Assembly: GCA_043228905.1 (NCBI GenBank)
Contig: JBHGNT010000020.1
Coordinates: forward strand, 13,206,001 to 13,270,000
Length of the DNA: 64,000 nt
DNA from: Azolla caroliniana
Lineage: Eukaryota > Plantae > Polypodiophyta
Direction of reading: 5' to 3'
Position 1 is the stretch's first letter. The number at the start of each line of letters is the position of its first letter. The position numbers and the translations under genes are program-made. Of the stretch, positions 52,501 to 63,932 are shown piece by piece. Below the pieces are notes generated by a model. It saw only the letters and a program-made list of their open reading frames with translations, had not been told where the DNA came from and did no database searches.

Positions 52501-55109
52501 AGGCCATTTGACACTCATACACTTACAAAATGAATGTTGAACATTAGGGCAGAGGGAGCTATGCCATATGACTTATATTAGGATTTGACCTTCTATTAGC
52601 AATTTCTATATAGAACCAATTAAAAACTTGAGAGAAATAAGTTTGTCGGGTGAAGTAGCAGGCTCTACATCACTTTGGTAGTAGGCTCTATATGTTGTTG
52701 TCATCGGCAAAGTTTTATTCAAATTGTAGGGAGTTCTAAAGGTAGCTGATTTTGTATGCATGTTAGAGAGATGTAACCTGTTTTTGTGAACCTTGGAAGT
52801 AGGGCCGAGGCATGCTTTGGAGAAGCTAGCTAATCAAAATTAGTAATCATCCATTGTCCGTAGGAGGCATTATGTGAGATGGAGAATGCCATATGATGCT
52901 ATCAAACTGCATCAAATTAGAAGGAATGTTCAGCAATATATGGTACAACACATATTTTTGTGGCCCTTATTAAAGCTTGTTCGCAACTTGAGGGAGTGTC
53001 TTCGAATGCGATAATAGTTTCTTTGGATTTCAAGTTTGCAGTGGAATAGACTCTAGTGATAAAGGCCAAAAATCCATATTCAGCTTGTAAAAAGAGGGGG
53101 TTTTTGAACCCAGTGTTGGTGGTGGTAATTCACTGCTTGATATGGATGCTAAATGTGGATGGATTGCTGGAGCTACATGAGTGTTCAATAGTTTTCTTGT
53201 TAAATATGGTGCAATATTCTTTGTAATAGTGGACTGTTTTGTATATTGCCTTTGGCCACTTTATGTTTAATACCAATGGAGGATATTTTTTATGGGAAGT
53301 TTGTCGGGTGAAGTAAAAGCATATAAAGACAAACATTTGATGTGCTAGGTGCATGCATGTAGAGAGAATGCAAATAATGGAGGGTAGAGGGAAAACATGA
53401 CTTTATAGACCGTGCATGCATATTTAAGCATTCAAATGTGCCAAAGATGACCTTACACGTACAACTCTATCTTTTCTCAGGCCTTATAAGCAATTATAGA
53501 ATTTGATGTACACCCTGGAATTTCATGATATTAGCTTTTAGGCTATATAGCCCTAATGGCAAAGATTTTTCTTAACTCAATAGGCTACCGACACATGTAA
53601 AGTATTATCAAATGTCCTCAAAGAATATAACTAAAATAAAATGATTCATAATTAGCTCACATTCAGAAGACAACTTTGTAAACAAAATGAAAAAATGATT
53701 ATCAATGTTAATGAAGACCGCCGAGCTTATAAAAAAATATTGTTAACAACATGCATAGACACTTAATGCTCAAACCCAATAGCAACCACAATCATGATTT
53801 TTGTTGCACCAAAAGAAGACCATGCTCAAGCCATGGAAATAAAACACATGTTTATTGCTGAACCAAGAAAGCCCAAAGCACAAGAACGTTCAATAATGTC
53901 ATATTTTTCTCACTTGTAGAATTAACATATTCTTGACGTTTTCCCAAGCTTCAAGGCGATTATCCTACAATACTTCACCAACCAACAACCAGGATTTGGT
54001 GGTGTGGTCTAGCCAACAAACCTCAATAAACTGAAACTCTTGAGTGGAAGCTAGTTTCTTTTAAACATGCTATGGACGAGAGTGCTGAAACTTCATTTTC
54101 GTGGAAGCAAATGCCCCCATTCTTCATGATATTCGTGCCTGATACATATGCTTGCCTTTAAAACAATTTGTTAAAGTGACGAAGATCTTTTCTTTGCAAT
54201 CCTCTTCTTTTCATTGTCTAATATGATAACATGTTTAGGTTACAACTTACACATTCTATGTCATAACCTCTAACTTTGGTTTATACCTTAATTGTACTAG
54301 TTATTTGTGATAGTCTAACATATAGAGATTGCAATCTTGACCACATCAAATGCTCTATAGACTATAACTATACCTCAAAAACTGGCTATATTTTAGATAT
54401 ATAATTATAACATAAATTCTATTGTGGACCTTCACTTTATGAAGTTGCTAATCTATTGACATTAATTACAAAAAAGACAATTTTATCATCCACAAACCAA
54501 TTTCAACCTTCCCATTTTGCTGCAACTTATATTCTTCTTTGTTTACGTGTCAAGGGACATTTTTGAATACCTTTTGACTGGTGAACAACTAGCAAATCTA
54601 TCATTTCTAAGTCCCAATCTACTATTCATCCTTACACAATTCGTCCACTAGTTGGCCCTATTAATGTCCTTCATTAGGGGTGAGATGTCTTCTTTTAGGG
54701 GAAAACTTCTTTGTGCACATGCTTGCTTTTTGTGTGCTTGGAGAATGGAACATGGAATGTATAACAACTTGCCCATTCCCTAGTACTGAACAAATTTTAT
54801 CAAGCTTTCTACCGACCAATCATGAGTACGTTTTAAACAACATACAAATGTAAAGTGTTATGTAGACCCCAATATTATACACATTGAAGTCGTATTAAGC
54901 GCCCCAAATATCATGCATGTTGATTCATGATCAATTTAAGAGATCATTCCCAATGCTTCATATCAATATATTTGTACATTCTAATAATATTGATTTGTTC
55001 CCATATATTTGAGAAATTTATCAACGTTCCATAAGCAAACTAGGAGCATGTTCTAACTAAAATACACATGTAACGTGCTATGTAAACTTCAAAATTATAT
55101 ACAAATACA

Positions 55110-55523
55110 AACTAACAAACCTCAAATATGGCAATTGGTAAGTAGTATTACAATTTGGCATATTTGGAAGGCTCGATGTTTGAAGGTATTTCAAAATGTG
55201 ACTGAAAGACCTGCCCAAATAATTTCGGGAATTTGGATAGAGATTGTGCATAATCTCATAGGGTTGTTGGATAGTATAAAAGGTAATATGCACCAAGCGG
55301 AGTTTAAGCGTTTGGAGTTTCATGCCATCTGGGACATAGATATATTTTATTGACGGCTTTTTGATAAGGTGGAGTGATTTTACTCAACACCAAAGTATTT
55401 ATTTAAGCCGATGGTTAGAATTCAGAAAAATAGAGGGGATCGGTGGATAGCTTGTATGTTTAGCCTTGTGGCGTTTTTTAATACTAATGTAGTATCTTTT
55501 TGTGGGAAATAAAAAATAAAAAA
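55110..55523 (+). mobile_element. 5'-truncated L1/Tx1-type LINE 3' end
   Basis: QIWQLVSSITIWHIWKARCLKVFQ...IW..I.. is the ORF2 C-terminal W-x-x-W-K-x-R motif. It is followed by a 3' UTR and an A-rich tail gggaaataaaaaataaaaaa. Confidence 0.75.
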
Positions 55524-57144
55524 TTATATACATAGAAGTGTGTTTTGCATTGTTGCATGTGCAAGTTTAAGAATGTCAGATGCACCCGTTTGATAGAAGT
55601 CCACCATTTCAATATGTTCTCATCAATAAAAACTATGATAAACTCCTTGTTCTCAAAAAGGAAAACATCATGTGCTTGATCAATGAAAAAATGAAAGATA
55701 AGGATGCTTGCATCCTGAGGATAATTAGTTTAGGTTACGTTAGGTGCTTTTTTACCATGGAACCTCAGTACACAAGTTTTCTTGATGTGTGTCTCTTGTC
55801 TAAGAAGGGATATTCATTCTTCCACGCACAATACTCTTGATGCATAAATTGTAGAAAGGAAGATGTATTATTTATATTGTATTACCGATTACCAATGTTC
55901 ACACATTCTCACTAGCAAAGCATTTTGAAAACCTAAAAAGTATCAATGTACAACTAGGTTGAGCACTATTGAGAGTGCATTTGTAAGGGTGCCAAAGGCA
56001 CTGGCCTAGTAAATGTGAAGTTCATCCAATAAGAATTGTAATAAACTCTTTGCATTCAAAAGGTAAAGACCATAGGAGAGACCAAAACCTGGAATCAATG
56101 TAAGACAATGACAGTGATGGATGCAATCCAACAATAATTGTATATGTAGGATGTATGGAATTCATGGACTCTAAGCAATAATCGTGGAAGGAACACAGAC
56201 TAACACGAAGGGCAAAACAAACCCATCTAAACATCATCTCAATCACGAGAGGTTAACAAAGTTTATGAAAGAGCTTGCAATGCAACAATGTGACTAAAAG
56301 GGCTAGAATGAATAGTAAAACATTGTCACAAGGAAGATGATGAAGGAAGGTAAGATTAGAGAGAAAGTTTGTCATATTAGTGATGAATTGTAGCATGTTG
56401 TAAGGGTTAAATCCCCCATTATGATAAGAATCTACTATGTACACCATGATTAGCGTTGGGCACATATACAAATAATAACGTGATGAGCTTGGTTACTTTG
56501 TCATGTAACCATTAGGACAAGACATATTTATTGATATGTATATCTCGTCATTCGCATGATCATATAGATAGATATAAATGCAAATTGTGCAAGAAAACGT
56601 GTTGCAATTGTCTCCTTGAATATTACGTGATTATTCTTATAAATCTTCCGTTAAACCTTCGTGATTAGAATTTATGTCATAGAGAAACATGTCAACGTTA
56701 GAGTGAATAATAAGACAAATAATACATTCTGTGAAGCAAATACGATAAAGTTTTTGAGATATTCTTTAATACATGATACTGTGATATTGAAATCGGTGTT
56801 AATGGTGCTAAGCTCGATGTACTAAAATACATTTGCTTCTTAAGTTTCTCAATACTTTGTATTGGAGTTCCAAGTTTACATTAGGACATGGATGCTAAAA
56901 CAATTAAAGAGGTCATTGATCATGAAACTAGTCTATTTTGTAATGTTTTGGAAATGAAGGCATGTGAACATTAACTTACCAACATGGACCAAATATTATG
57001 CTCGAGACATATTCTATGTAAATTGATGTAAAGTTGTTTTTCTCGACCATTTGTGGTTTTAATTTGTAGCTCATATTAAAATTTAGTTGTCTACCTTGGG
57101 TTTAGTTGTTAATTTCAGTGATCAATTTATAAGTAGGGATCAAC

Positions 57145-57631
57145 TTTTTTTTTTCCCAAAATGAAGCTACTTTCCCATTAGTTAGGAAGAATTATTACAA
57201 AGAGAATGTACAAGGAGGCTTATACATAGATTGGGGAATCTCCATCCGATCAAGCTCAAGAAAATGAGACTAGTTACATAGCCTTTCAGACTGACTACTT
57301 AATGTAAGTACCTATAGCTAAAAACGGTGCCCTTCAGTGTTGGCTAGTACGAGACAACTCCTGGGGTCTACAACGAAGGGAGGGTGGTAAGTGAGTTGGA
57401 AAAAACCCGCGTGGGGGCTGGTAGTTCCACCCCGGGCCACTTCCTCCTTGTGTCACCATAGGCGTGTTTCGCCATTTCTGCCAAAAGCGCAAACGGGCAA
57501 TGACCACGTCATTGGAATGGTTGCAAACCTCCTCCAATTGCTCTCGTACGCAGTTGATAAGCGCAAACCATATGTCCATGATCACTTCCTCCGGGGGCCA
57601 CACCAAATCCTGAAAGACCTTTAAGCAACGT
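57145..57631 (-). mobile_element. L1/Tx1-type LINE 3' end, interrupted by the Gypsy insertion
   Basis: Minus-strand LKVFQDLVWPPEEVIMDIWFALINCVREQLEEV...ARLRFWQKW...WNYQPP aligns by eye with the 55.1 kb peptide (LKVFQNVTERPAQIISGIW...KRLEFHAIW). Poly(A) at 57145-57154 (T10 on plus). Confidence 0.72.
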
Positions 57632-58325
57632 TGTGGGGTTTGCTACGCCCTTGCGTGCAGAAAGGAGGAGGGACCACGGGGGTCTTGGACCGAAGAGCAA
57701 GAGAGAGAGGAGTAAGAGAGAGAGACCCGATTACACAGAACCGAAGATTGCATAGGGACACGGCCCAACAAACAGAGATCACAAATAAACGCCGACGCAG
57801 ATGGACGCAACAACGAAAGATATGTACTTATGAATGCAAGAAAATAACAGACTAAAGTATTACAACCCACGGTGGGGCACGAAATAGATACTAACGAAAA
57901 CGAACAGGGCGGCGAACAGATGCCGACCCCTGTATGTCGCGACGCACAGAAAGGGAAAACAGGTCGGAGGTGCTGCAGGACGCGCTCGGGGCGTTCCACG
58001 GAACAGCGCAAGCCTCCTCGAAACCTGCACAGGTACGCGATGGAGCAGAAGACAGAGAAGGCAGGAGTGAGAGAGAAGCTCCGAAATCGGTTCGGCAGCA
58101 CTTCGTCCTCTCCGCGCGAGATACCCCACTTCTAGTCTTCCTCCTCCTTTTATAGCCCGTCAAGAGGCCGTTTGGCATTAACTGCATACCAACCGAATCT
58201 ACCCACCTAGGATCCTCGTATGTACCTACTTCGACCTTAGGTACTTCTTGGCGCGCGTGTGTGTGTAGAGCCGTTTCCCACGCCTTGTTCCTCCGATTCC
58301 TCTTGTGGGCGGTTTTCTTCACGAG
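57632..58325 (-). repeat. 3' LTR of the Gypsy element; inner boundary approximate
   Basis: Ends in ...CCCCACA on minus at 57632. TATA-like TATAAAAGG on minus at about 58146-58154. The inner TG and the PPT are not recognisable. Confidence 0.75.
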
Positions 58326-61300
58326 AATCAGGAGAATCAGGTCGGGTTCGTCGTCGTGCCGCTTCTTGAAAGCTTTGATCCTCTTCCCGGCCACGGGTAT
58401 CGCTATTCTCGTACCGTCGAGTTCCGCCAGATGATACGTCCCGTTGTCGTTGGCGCTTTGTACCGTGTACGGCCCGAACCATCTCCGTGCGAACTTCCGC
58501 GTTGCTCGGTGCTGGTTGTCGAGGCTGCTGTCGTAGACGAGCACCCAGTCACCTTGTTCGATCTTCTTCGGTCGGAGTCGGTGCGTTCGGTCGAACCTGG
58601 CTTTGTTCTTTATCCTCGCCACTCGGATCCTTTCTGCAGCCGTCTCCACGTCCTCCGGTCTCCGTTCGAGTTGTCGTATACGCGCTGCCAACAACTCCTC
58701 CCGGCTCATCTCGTCCCTCCAGTCGACCGTTGCCCATGAGGAGATTGTTCGTTCCATCGGCATGATCGGCCCCTGGCCGAACATGAGCTCTGTCGGCATG
58801 TACCCGGTTACCGAACTGTGCGTAGTCCGGTCGGCCCACAAAGCATAAGGTAGAAGTCGCGGCCAGTTACCGACTTGGCCTCCGCATGCCCGAACCAGCG
58901 CTTTAACGATCGGCCCGTGTCCGCGCTCCACCTTTCCATTCGCCTCCGGGTTGTACGCAGTGGTGAGCGAGAGTTTGACTCCCAGCCGATCGAACAGCTC
59001 CGCGGCTTCCTCGGCGTCCAACTCCCCTCGGTCAGCCACGATCTTCCCGACGCACCCGTACCGGCATATCACGTCCTCGATCAGGAACCGACACACGGCC
59101 GCGGTCGTCTTGTTCTGAAGGGCTCGGCCTTCCACCTGGTTCGTCAGGTCTTCCCGCGCTAGGACCAGATACCGCATCTGTCCTACCCCCATCGGCATCG
59201 TCACCAGATCTACCATCCATTTGAAATGGATGGCCGGAGGGTACGTAGGGTGAAGCTCGTCTCGATGTCGGACTATGGAGTGCATCTGGCAGCTCTCGCA
59301 AGTTGTCACGAACCGATGCACGTCCTGGTACAATCCCGGCCACCAGTACTTCCCCTTCAGCTTCTCAAATGTCGCCCACGTTCCACGGTGTCCAGCCCAA
59401 GGGCTGTCGTGGTAGGCCGCCAGTAGCTCCTCCTGTTCTTCCTTCATCGCCACCACCCGGAGCGGGACGCCGTTCCTCTTCTTCGGGTGCTTCCACAAAT
59501 GCCCATCTCGGAGAAAGAATCGATATGCTTTCTTCCGGATCCGGTTGGCCTCGTCCTTCGTCCATGACGCATCGGGCGTCATTGTCTTCAAAAACCCGCC
59601 GATCTGCAGCCACTCCCCGTCGTACTTGCTCGCGTCGAACTCATTAAGCGCCGGAGTGCTCATCCCGTCGGTCGTTATGTATGCCGCCTCGAAGAAATCC
59701 ACGCCGACTTCTTCGTCTTCCGAAACCATGCCGCCCTCGTCGTCGAACCTCGCCCTCGAAAGCATGTCGGCCATGGCGTTGTCTTTCCCGGAAATGTGTC
59801 GTATTTCCGGGTCCAGGGACTTGATGTACGCTATCCACCTGAGCATCGCCAGGTCCGGAGTCGCGCATCCGGAAACCATACCGAGAATCGGCAGGCAATC
59901 CGTCTCGATGATCACTTCTGTCCCTATCAGGTAGTCTTTGTCGGCCTTAACCGCCGAAACAATACCCCAGAGTTCGCGTTTAACCTGGGCGTATCCTTGC
60001 TGCCGTTCACTGAGGACTTTCGCGCCGAATCGGATCGGAAACCGATTGCCGTCCTCGTCTTCCTGGTTCACGACCCATCCGATCCCGGTCGGACTGGTAT
60101 CCACCGTTATGAATACCGGGGTACCCTTCCCGTATACCGCCTTCCGGAGTGCCGGTGCCGCTGCAAGGGCCTCTTTCAGCTTCCGGACCGATTCCGCGTG
60201 CTCGTCTAGCCATTCAAACCTTCGCCCCTTTTTCAGCAACCCGTACAGTGGCTCCGCGACGTGTGCGTAATGCGGGATCCATATGTGGTAGAACGCGCAT
60301 GCCCCCAGGAATCTCCGTACTTCCGTGACCGAGCTGCAGTCGGGCTTCATCGCGGAGATGGCTTCTACCTTTGCCGGAGACGGTTTCCGGCCATATGGTC
60401 CGCACAGGTGTCCGACCACCATGATTTCTGACTGCCCGAAGGCCGACTTCTCCCCGGAGAAGGTGAGTCTCGCATCCTCTAGCCTTTGCAGCACCTTCTC
60501 GCAGTCGTCGATGTGCGCCGCCACGAATCGCCGGCATCCGTCCGGCCCGATCGTCTCGTCCTTTTCTTCCACCGGGCATCCCTTGATCGGGATGTCGTCC
60601 AGAAACGGCATGGTGATGTCCGGGATACAGTCCCTCAGAACCTTGTTCATCGCATTCACCATGTGGGCCACCGAGTTGGTCCCTCCTTGCGGCAGTGTAC
60701 ACATCCGAACTAGGCCGAGGGGAGTTCGCATCGTCGTAATGTCTCTGCTCTCCACGGCTAGCTGGAACTGGTCGTACCCTGAGTATAGATCCCCGACCGA
60801 GTAAATTGACCTTCCGGCGAAGGCCTCCGCGAACTCGTCTATGGTCGGTCCGATCCCTGCGTTCCGAATGGTCACTCGATTGACCGGCTGCAGGTCCTGG
60901 ATGAAGCGCAACGAACCGTTTTTCTTCGGTACGGTAAACCATCGATTCGAATATGGGGCGCTCGACGGCTCGAGAATTCCCATATCAACTTTCTGCCTCA
61001 GCAGCTCCATCAACTTCGGGATGTGAGCTCTCGGAACCGGGATTGGCTTGAGATTCCATGGTACATGCGGTACCGTGAATATCACCATCGGCTCCACGAT
61101 CGTCGGGTCAACGCACCCGATTTCCTCCGGCGAGAATGCGAAGGCTTTCCCGTGCCTTCCGAGCATTCTCCGAAACCGGTCTTCCTCCGCCGGCAGTAGG
61201 AACCCGCCCCCACCGATTTTGAGCTCTCGGAGCGTCTCGTCGGTGAAGGTGTGTCCTATGCAGGCCGGATCTCGTAGACTAGGGTCCGATGCAACCCCTT

Positions 61301-61778
61301 TGATTCTCGACGCGCTGTCCTCCGGTAAGGGTGCCGCGACTGGCCTTACCTTCCGGTCCACAGTCTTGTACTTGGTGCTTACGTGGGCCGTCCGAACCGA
61401 CTCGAGCCCTCGACCGAAGTCCGCGATGACTTCGTACATCTCCTCGGAACACACCGGTATCGTCCGGTCTTCGTTAAGGCCTTCTTCGACTACCTTTCCC
61501 AGCATTCCCAAGGTGTCGTCGAATGAGACCGCCTCCACGGCTCCGTTGATTTCCTCGTCAGGGCCGAGAACTCCGCACGCTCGAAGTCTCCCCTCCGCCT
61601 TTGTCTTCTCTCGGCCGCCGATGCCGGCTATCGTACACGCTCCGCTGCCGGAGAACAAAAATTCCCTACCTATGGTACAAGGTTTCTTCGGTTTTATCGT
61701 ACAGGTGTGGGGTTTTCCCGGGGTGTCCGGACTGTCGCGGCCCCACGCCTTGGCAGCCCTCTCTAAAAATCCTCTCGG
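57891..61778 (-). CDS. pol: Gypsy Pol ORF2 (reverse transcriptase, RNase H, integrase); no own ATG start, reads through into the 3' LTR
   Basis: The frame is open from just after TAA at 61779-61781. RT: LRFIQDLQPVN, VGDLYSGYDQF, LPQGGTNS, PFLDDI. RNase H: VDTS, RELWGI, ETDC, NAMADMLSR. Integrase: H...GH...CESC, VDLV, ADRGE, NGKVERGH, WFGPY. Integrase similarity ends near 58345. Confidence 0.93.
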   Translation of the reverse strand, partial: PRGFLERAAKAWGRDSPDTPGKPHTCTIKPKKPCTIGREFLFSGSGACTIAGIGGREKTKAEGRLRACGVLGPDEEINGAVEAVSFDDTLGMLGKVVEEGLNEDRTIPVCSEEMYEVIADFGRGLESVRTAHVSTKYKTVDRKVRPVAAPLPEDSASRIKGVASDPSLRDPACIGHTFTDETLRELKIGGGGFLLPAEEDRFRRMLGRHGKAFAFSPEEIGCVDPTIVEPMVIFTVPHVPWNLKPIPVPRAHIPKLMELLRQKVDMGILEPSSAPYSNRWFTVPKKNGSLRFIQDLQPVNRVTIRNAGIGPTIDEFAEAFAGRSIYSVGDLYSGYDQFQLAVESRDITTMRTPLGLVRMCTLPQGGTNSVAHMVNAMNKVLRDCIPDITMPFLDDIPIKGCPVEEKDETIGPDGCRRFVAAHIDDCEKVLQRLEDARLTFSGEKSAFGQSEIMVVGHLCGPYGRKPSPAKVEAISAMKPDCSSVTEVRRFLGACAFYHIWIPHYAHVAEPLYGLLKKGRRFEWLDEHAESVRKLKEALAAAPALRKAVYGKGTPVFITVDTSPTGIGWVVNQEDEDGNRFPIRFGAKVLSERQQGYAQVKRELWGIVSAVKADKDYLIGTEVIIETDCLPILGMVSGCATPDLAMLRWIAYIKSLDPEIRHISGKDNAMADMLSRARFDDEGGMVSEDEEVGVDFFEAAYITTDGMSTPALNEFDASKYDGEWLQIGGFLKTMTPDASWTKDEANRIRKKAYRFFLRDGHLWKHPKKRNGVPLRVVAMKEEQEELLAAYHDSPWAGHRGTWATFEKLKGKYWWPGLYQDVHRFVTTCESCQMHSIVRHRDELHPTYPPAIHFKWMVDLVTMPMGVGQMRYLVLAREDLTNQVEGRALQNKTTAAVCRFLIEDVICRYGCVGKIVADRGELDAEEAAELFDRLGVKLSLTTAYNPEANGKVERGHGPIVKALVRACGGQVGNWPRLLPYALWADRTTHSSVTGYMPTELMFGQGPIMPMERTISSWATVDWRDEMSREELLAARIRQLERRPEDVETAAERIRVARIKNKARFDRTHRLRPKKIEQGDWVLVYDSSLDNQHRATRKFARRWFGPYTVQSANDNGTYHLAELDGTRIAIPVAGKRIKAFKKRHDDEPDLILLILVKKTAHKRNRRNKAWETALHTHARQEVPKVEVGTYEDPRWVDSVGMQLMPNGLLTGYKRRRKTRSGVSRAERTKCCRTDFGASLSLLPSLSSAPSRTCAGFEEACAVPWNAPSASCSTSDLFSLSVRRDIQGSASVRRPVRFR
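61700..61772 (-). promoter_or_regulatory. Candidate -1 programmed ribosomal frameshift signal (G_GAU_UUU plus downstream structure)
   Basis: ORF1 reads GAG GAT TTT TAG and the -1 frame reads TAA CCG AGA GGA TTT TTA GAG. The heptamer is 61772-61766. GC-rich complementary segments follow immediately. Confidence 0.75.
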
Positions 61779-63889
61779 TTATCGGAACCGAGGGAGTCGC
61801 GGTTACGCTCGTGGTTCGGCGTAACCGTCAAAAACTGGACCGAATGGCGCCCGTCCTGGCTCTTGACCCGCGCATAGGCCGAACCATTGTCCAGCACCTT
61901 GGTCTCCATTCGCGCCGCCGTGATGTACGGCTCTCCCAGTATGACCGGATGCGAGGACGTCTCCTGCACGAAGAAGTGCTGGTCAATCTCGACGTCGCCG
62001 ATCTTGACTCGCACATTCGGACAGGCCCCGTGCAGTTCCTCGGTGGCGCGCGTTGCTGCCCTTATTTTCCACCCGTGCTTGGTGTTGATCGGCCATTTGC
62101 CCTTCTTATAGAAGTCCATGGACATCAAATTGATCTCCGATCCGTGGTCTACCAAAGCTATCACCGGTTCCTGGACATCGCCGATCTTCACCGGGGTTTC
62201 CGTGGTCGCTCGGGCCCAGTGCGGTCTCGAATAGTGGCTTTCCGCCCACTCGTCTCCCAGCGCCATGTCGTCTAGGTGCGTCGTCCGTACTTCCACCGGT
62301 CTTTCCGGTTCTGTCTCCGTTGACAGCCTCTTCCGTTTCACCAAGTCCACGATGGAGTCGTGGAACTCCTTCTTGGCGATTCCCAGCTCCTCCCGTAGCG
62401 ACAGCTCCACCTTGCTGTCGAGGATCCGTTCCTCCAGGACCTTTCGTAAGTCCGTGGTTCTTTCTATCTCCGTCCCCAGACGGTACCCGCCCTTCTGGGG
62501 TTTATCTTGCGTACCGGCCCCGCCGGCTTCGTCCCGTCGTGGCCCGGACCGGGTCTCGTATCGTTGTGAGGGCCCGGTCGTCCCGGGTTTCCCCACCCGC
62601 TTCTCTTCTACTAGAGCCTCGTAGTTCCGGCAAGCGGCTTCCACGAAGCCCGTCTTTTCCTCGACCGGGTCGCTCCACCCGGTCATCTCCCGTACCCGTT
62701 TCTCCGCACGGTCCGATTCCTCCCTCTTCATCCTCGTATCGGCAAGGCCTTCCAGCACCGTCGGCCAGAATCCGGCTTTGCTTCCTCTTCGGGCCTCGTT
62801 GCCCCCGACTCGAATACCGGCCGACGCCGAGTAGTGGACGGTTTCCGCATGTCGGGCCGCCGCCTCTTCCATCAACCTCTTCATTCCGCCTCGCCCGTCG
62901 TTTCGGTTTAGGGCCCTTCTCGTGTCGTTGGCGTGAACCCGGCCTTCCCATAGGTATACCACCCGGTTCTTCAGCGCCTCTGCGAAATCGCCGCAGTCTT
63001 TTCGGATGTGGCCGACCCCGTCGCACCACATGCACCTGTTCCCCGCCGCCGGCCGTCGGTCACGAGCAGGTCCTCCGCCTTCTCTGCGGGCTTGTGCGAT
63101 TTGGAGGTCTTTTATCGCCCTCGTCAGTTCCTCCAACGCAGCTCCTCCAGTCGTGCCTCTGATCACGCCGGTCGGAGCTGAACCGGATTCCAGCCACTCC
63201 CGAGTCTCTTCCCTTCGCACCGGCTGCGCCGGCTCGAGTATCCTCGCCGCGACTGAGCCCGACCCGGTTGCTCTGTCATCCTCCCATTCTCGCCGTTTGT
63301 CGAAACGGCCGCAGGCTCTCTTGACCGCCGCCCAGTCGGCTGTCAGCCCGTCTTCGGTTTCTAGCAGGGCGCCCACGTGACTCCGATCCCTCTCGTCAAC
63401 CGATTTGACGAACAGCAGGACCCGGCTTGTATCCAGGACCATCCTGTCAAGCGCCGAAAGGCGCGCGAAGTTCTCCTCGAACTCCCGGAGGAGTGCCGAC
63501 GCATTCCTTCCTTTCCCGGGAGACTCCACCCACTCCATGAAGCTTCGCTTCGAAAGCCGGAGCGCGTCGTCCAGTCCGTATTTTTCCAGGAGCCGACCTT
63601 CGAACTCCTCCCAGGTACGGCTCTCCGCCCGCACCTCGAGCACCTCCGCGTGGATGCTCGGCATCGCCACTCGGGGAAAACCGGCAAGACGCCTGTCTTC
63701 CGGAATGTCCCGCATTAACATTTCCGCACCGTAGGACGCCAGGTACTTCGTGGCATCTTTTCCGGTGAATCGACCGATCGTTCCGACGACCGCCTCAATA
63801 GCTCTATCGAGGGCGCCGGTGCCCTCGCGCGCGCTTACTATCCGATCCACGGCCGAAGCCATGGCCTCTGCAAGATCCGCCCCCTTCAT
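61763..63889 (-). CDS. gag: Gypsy ORF1: Gag with CCHC zinc knuckle fused to aspartic protease (708 aa)
   Basis: CMWCDGVGHIRKDC knuckle. ALVDHGSEINLM...VILGEPY retroviral-type protease motifs. Stop TAG at 61763-61765. Confidence 0.93.
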   Translation of the reverse strand: MKGADLAEAMASAVDRIVSAREGTGALDRAIEAVVGTIGRFTGKDATKYLASYGAEMLMRDIPEDRRLAGFPRVAMPSIHAEVLEVRAESRTWEEFEGRLLEKYGLDDALRLSKRSFMEWVESPGKGRNASALLREFEENFARLSALDRMVLDTSRVLLFVKSVDERDRSHVGALLETEDGLTADWAAVKRACGRFDKRREWEDDRATGSGSVAARILEPAQPVRREETREWLESGSAPTGVIRGTTGGAALEELTRAIKDLQIAQARREGGGPARDRRPAAGNRCMWCDGVGHIRKDCGDFAEALKNRVVYLWEGRVHANDTRRALNRNDGRGGMKRLMEEAAARHAETVHYSASAGIRVGGNEARRGSKAGFWPTVLEGLADTRMKREESDRAEKRVREMTGWSDPVEEKTGFVEAACRNYEALVEEKRVGKPGTTGPSQRYETRSGPRRDEAGGAGTQDKPQKGGYRLGTEIERTTDLRKVLEERILDSKVELSLREELGIAKKEFHDSIVDLVKRKRLSTETEPERPVEVRTTHLDDMALGDEWAESHYSRPHWARATTETPVKIGDVQEPVIALVDHGSEINLMSMDFYKKGKWPINTKHGWKIRAATRATEELHGACPNVRVKIGDVEIDQHFFVQETSSHPVILGEPYITAARMETKVLDNGSAYARVKSQDGRHSVQFLTVTPNHERNRDSLGSDNREDF

Positions 63890-63912
63890 TTCCTACTCTT
63901 CTGCCGCCTCTT

Positions 63913-63929
63913 TCACGTCGGGTTCACCA
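63913..63929 (-). other. Primer-binding site complementary to the 3' end of tRNA-Trp
   Basis: Minus-strand TGGTGAACCCGACGTGA lies 3 nt inside the 5' LTR end. The plus strand reads TCACGTCGGGTTCACCA, the plant cytosolic tRNA-Trp 3' end as recalled. Confidence 0.85.
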
Positions 63930-63932
63930 AGA

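Noticed and set aside
57860-63734. Many overlapping antisense and alternate-frame ORFs of up to 280 aa within the Gypsy element
   Set aside because: Expected shadow ORFs of GC-rich coding DNA with no recognisable domains.
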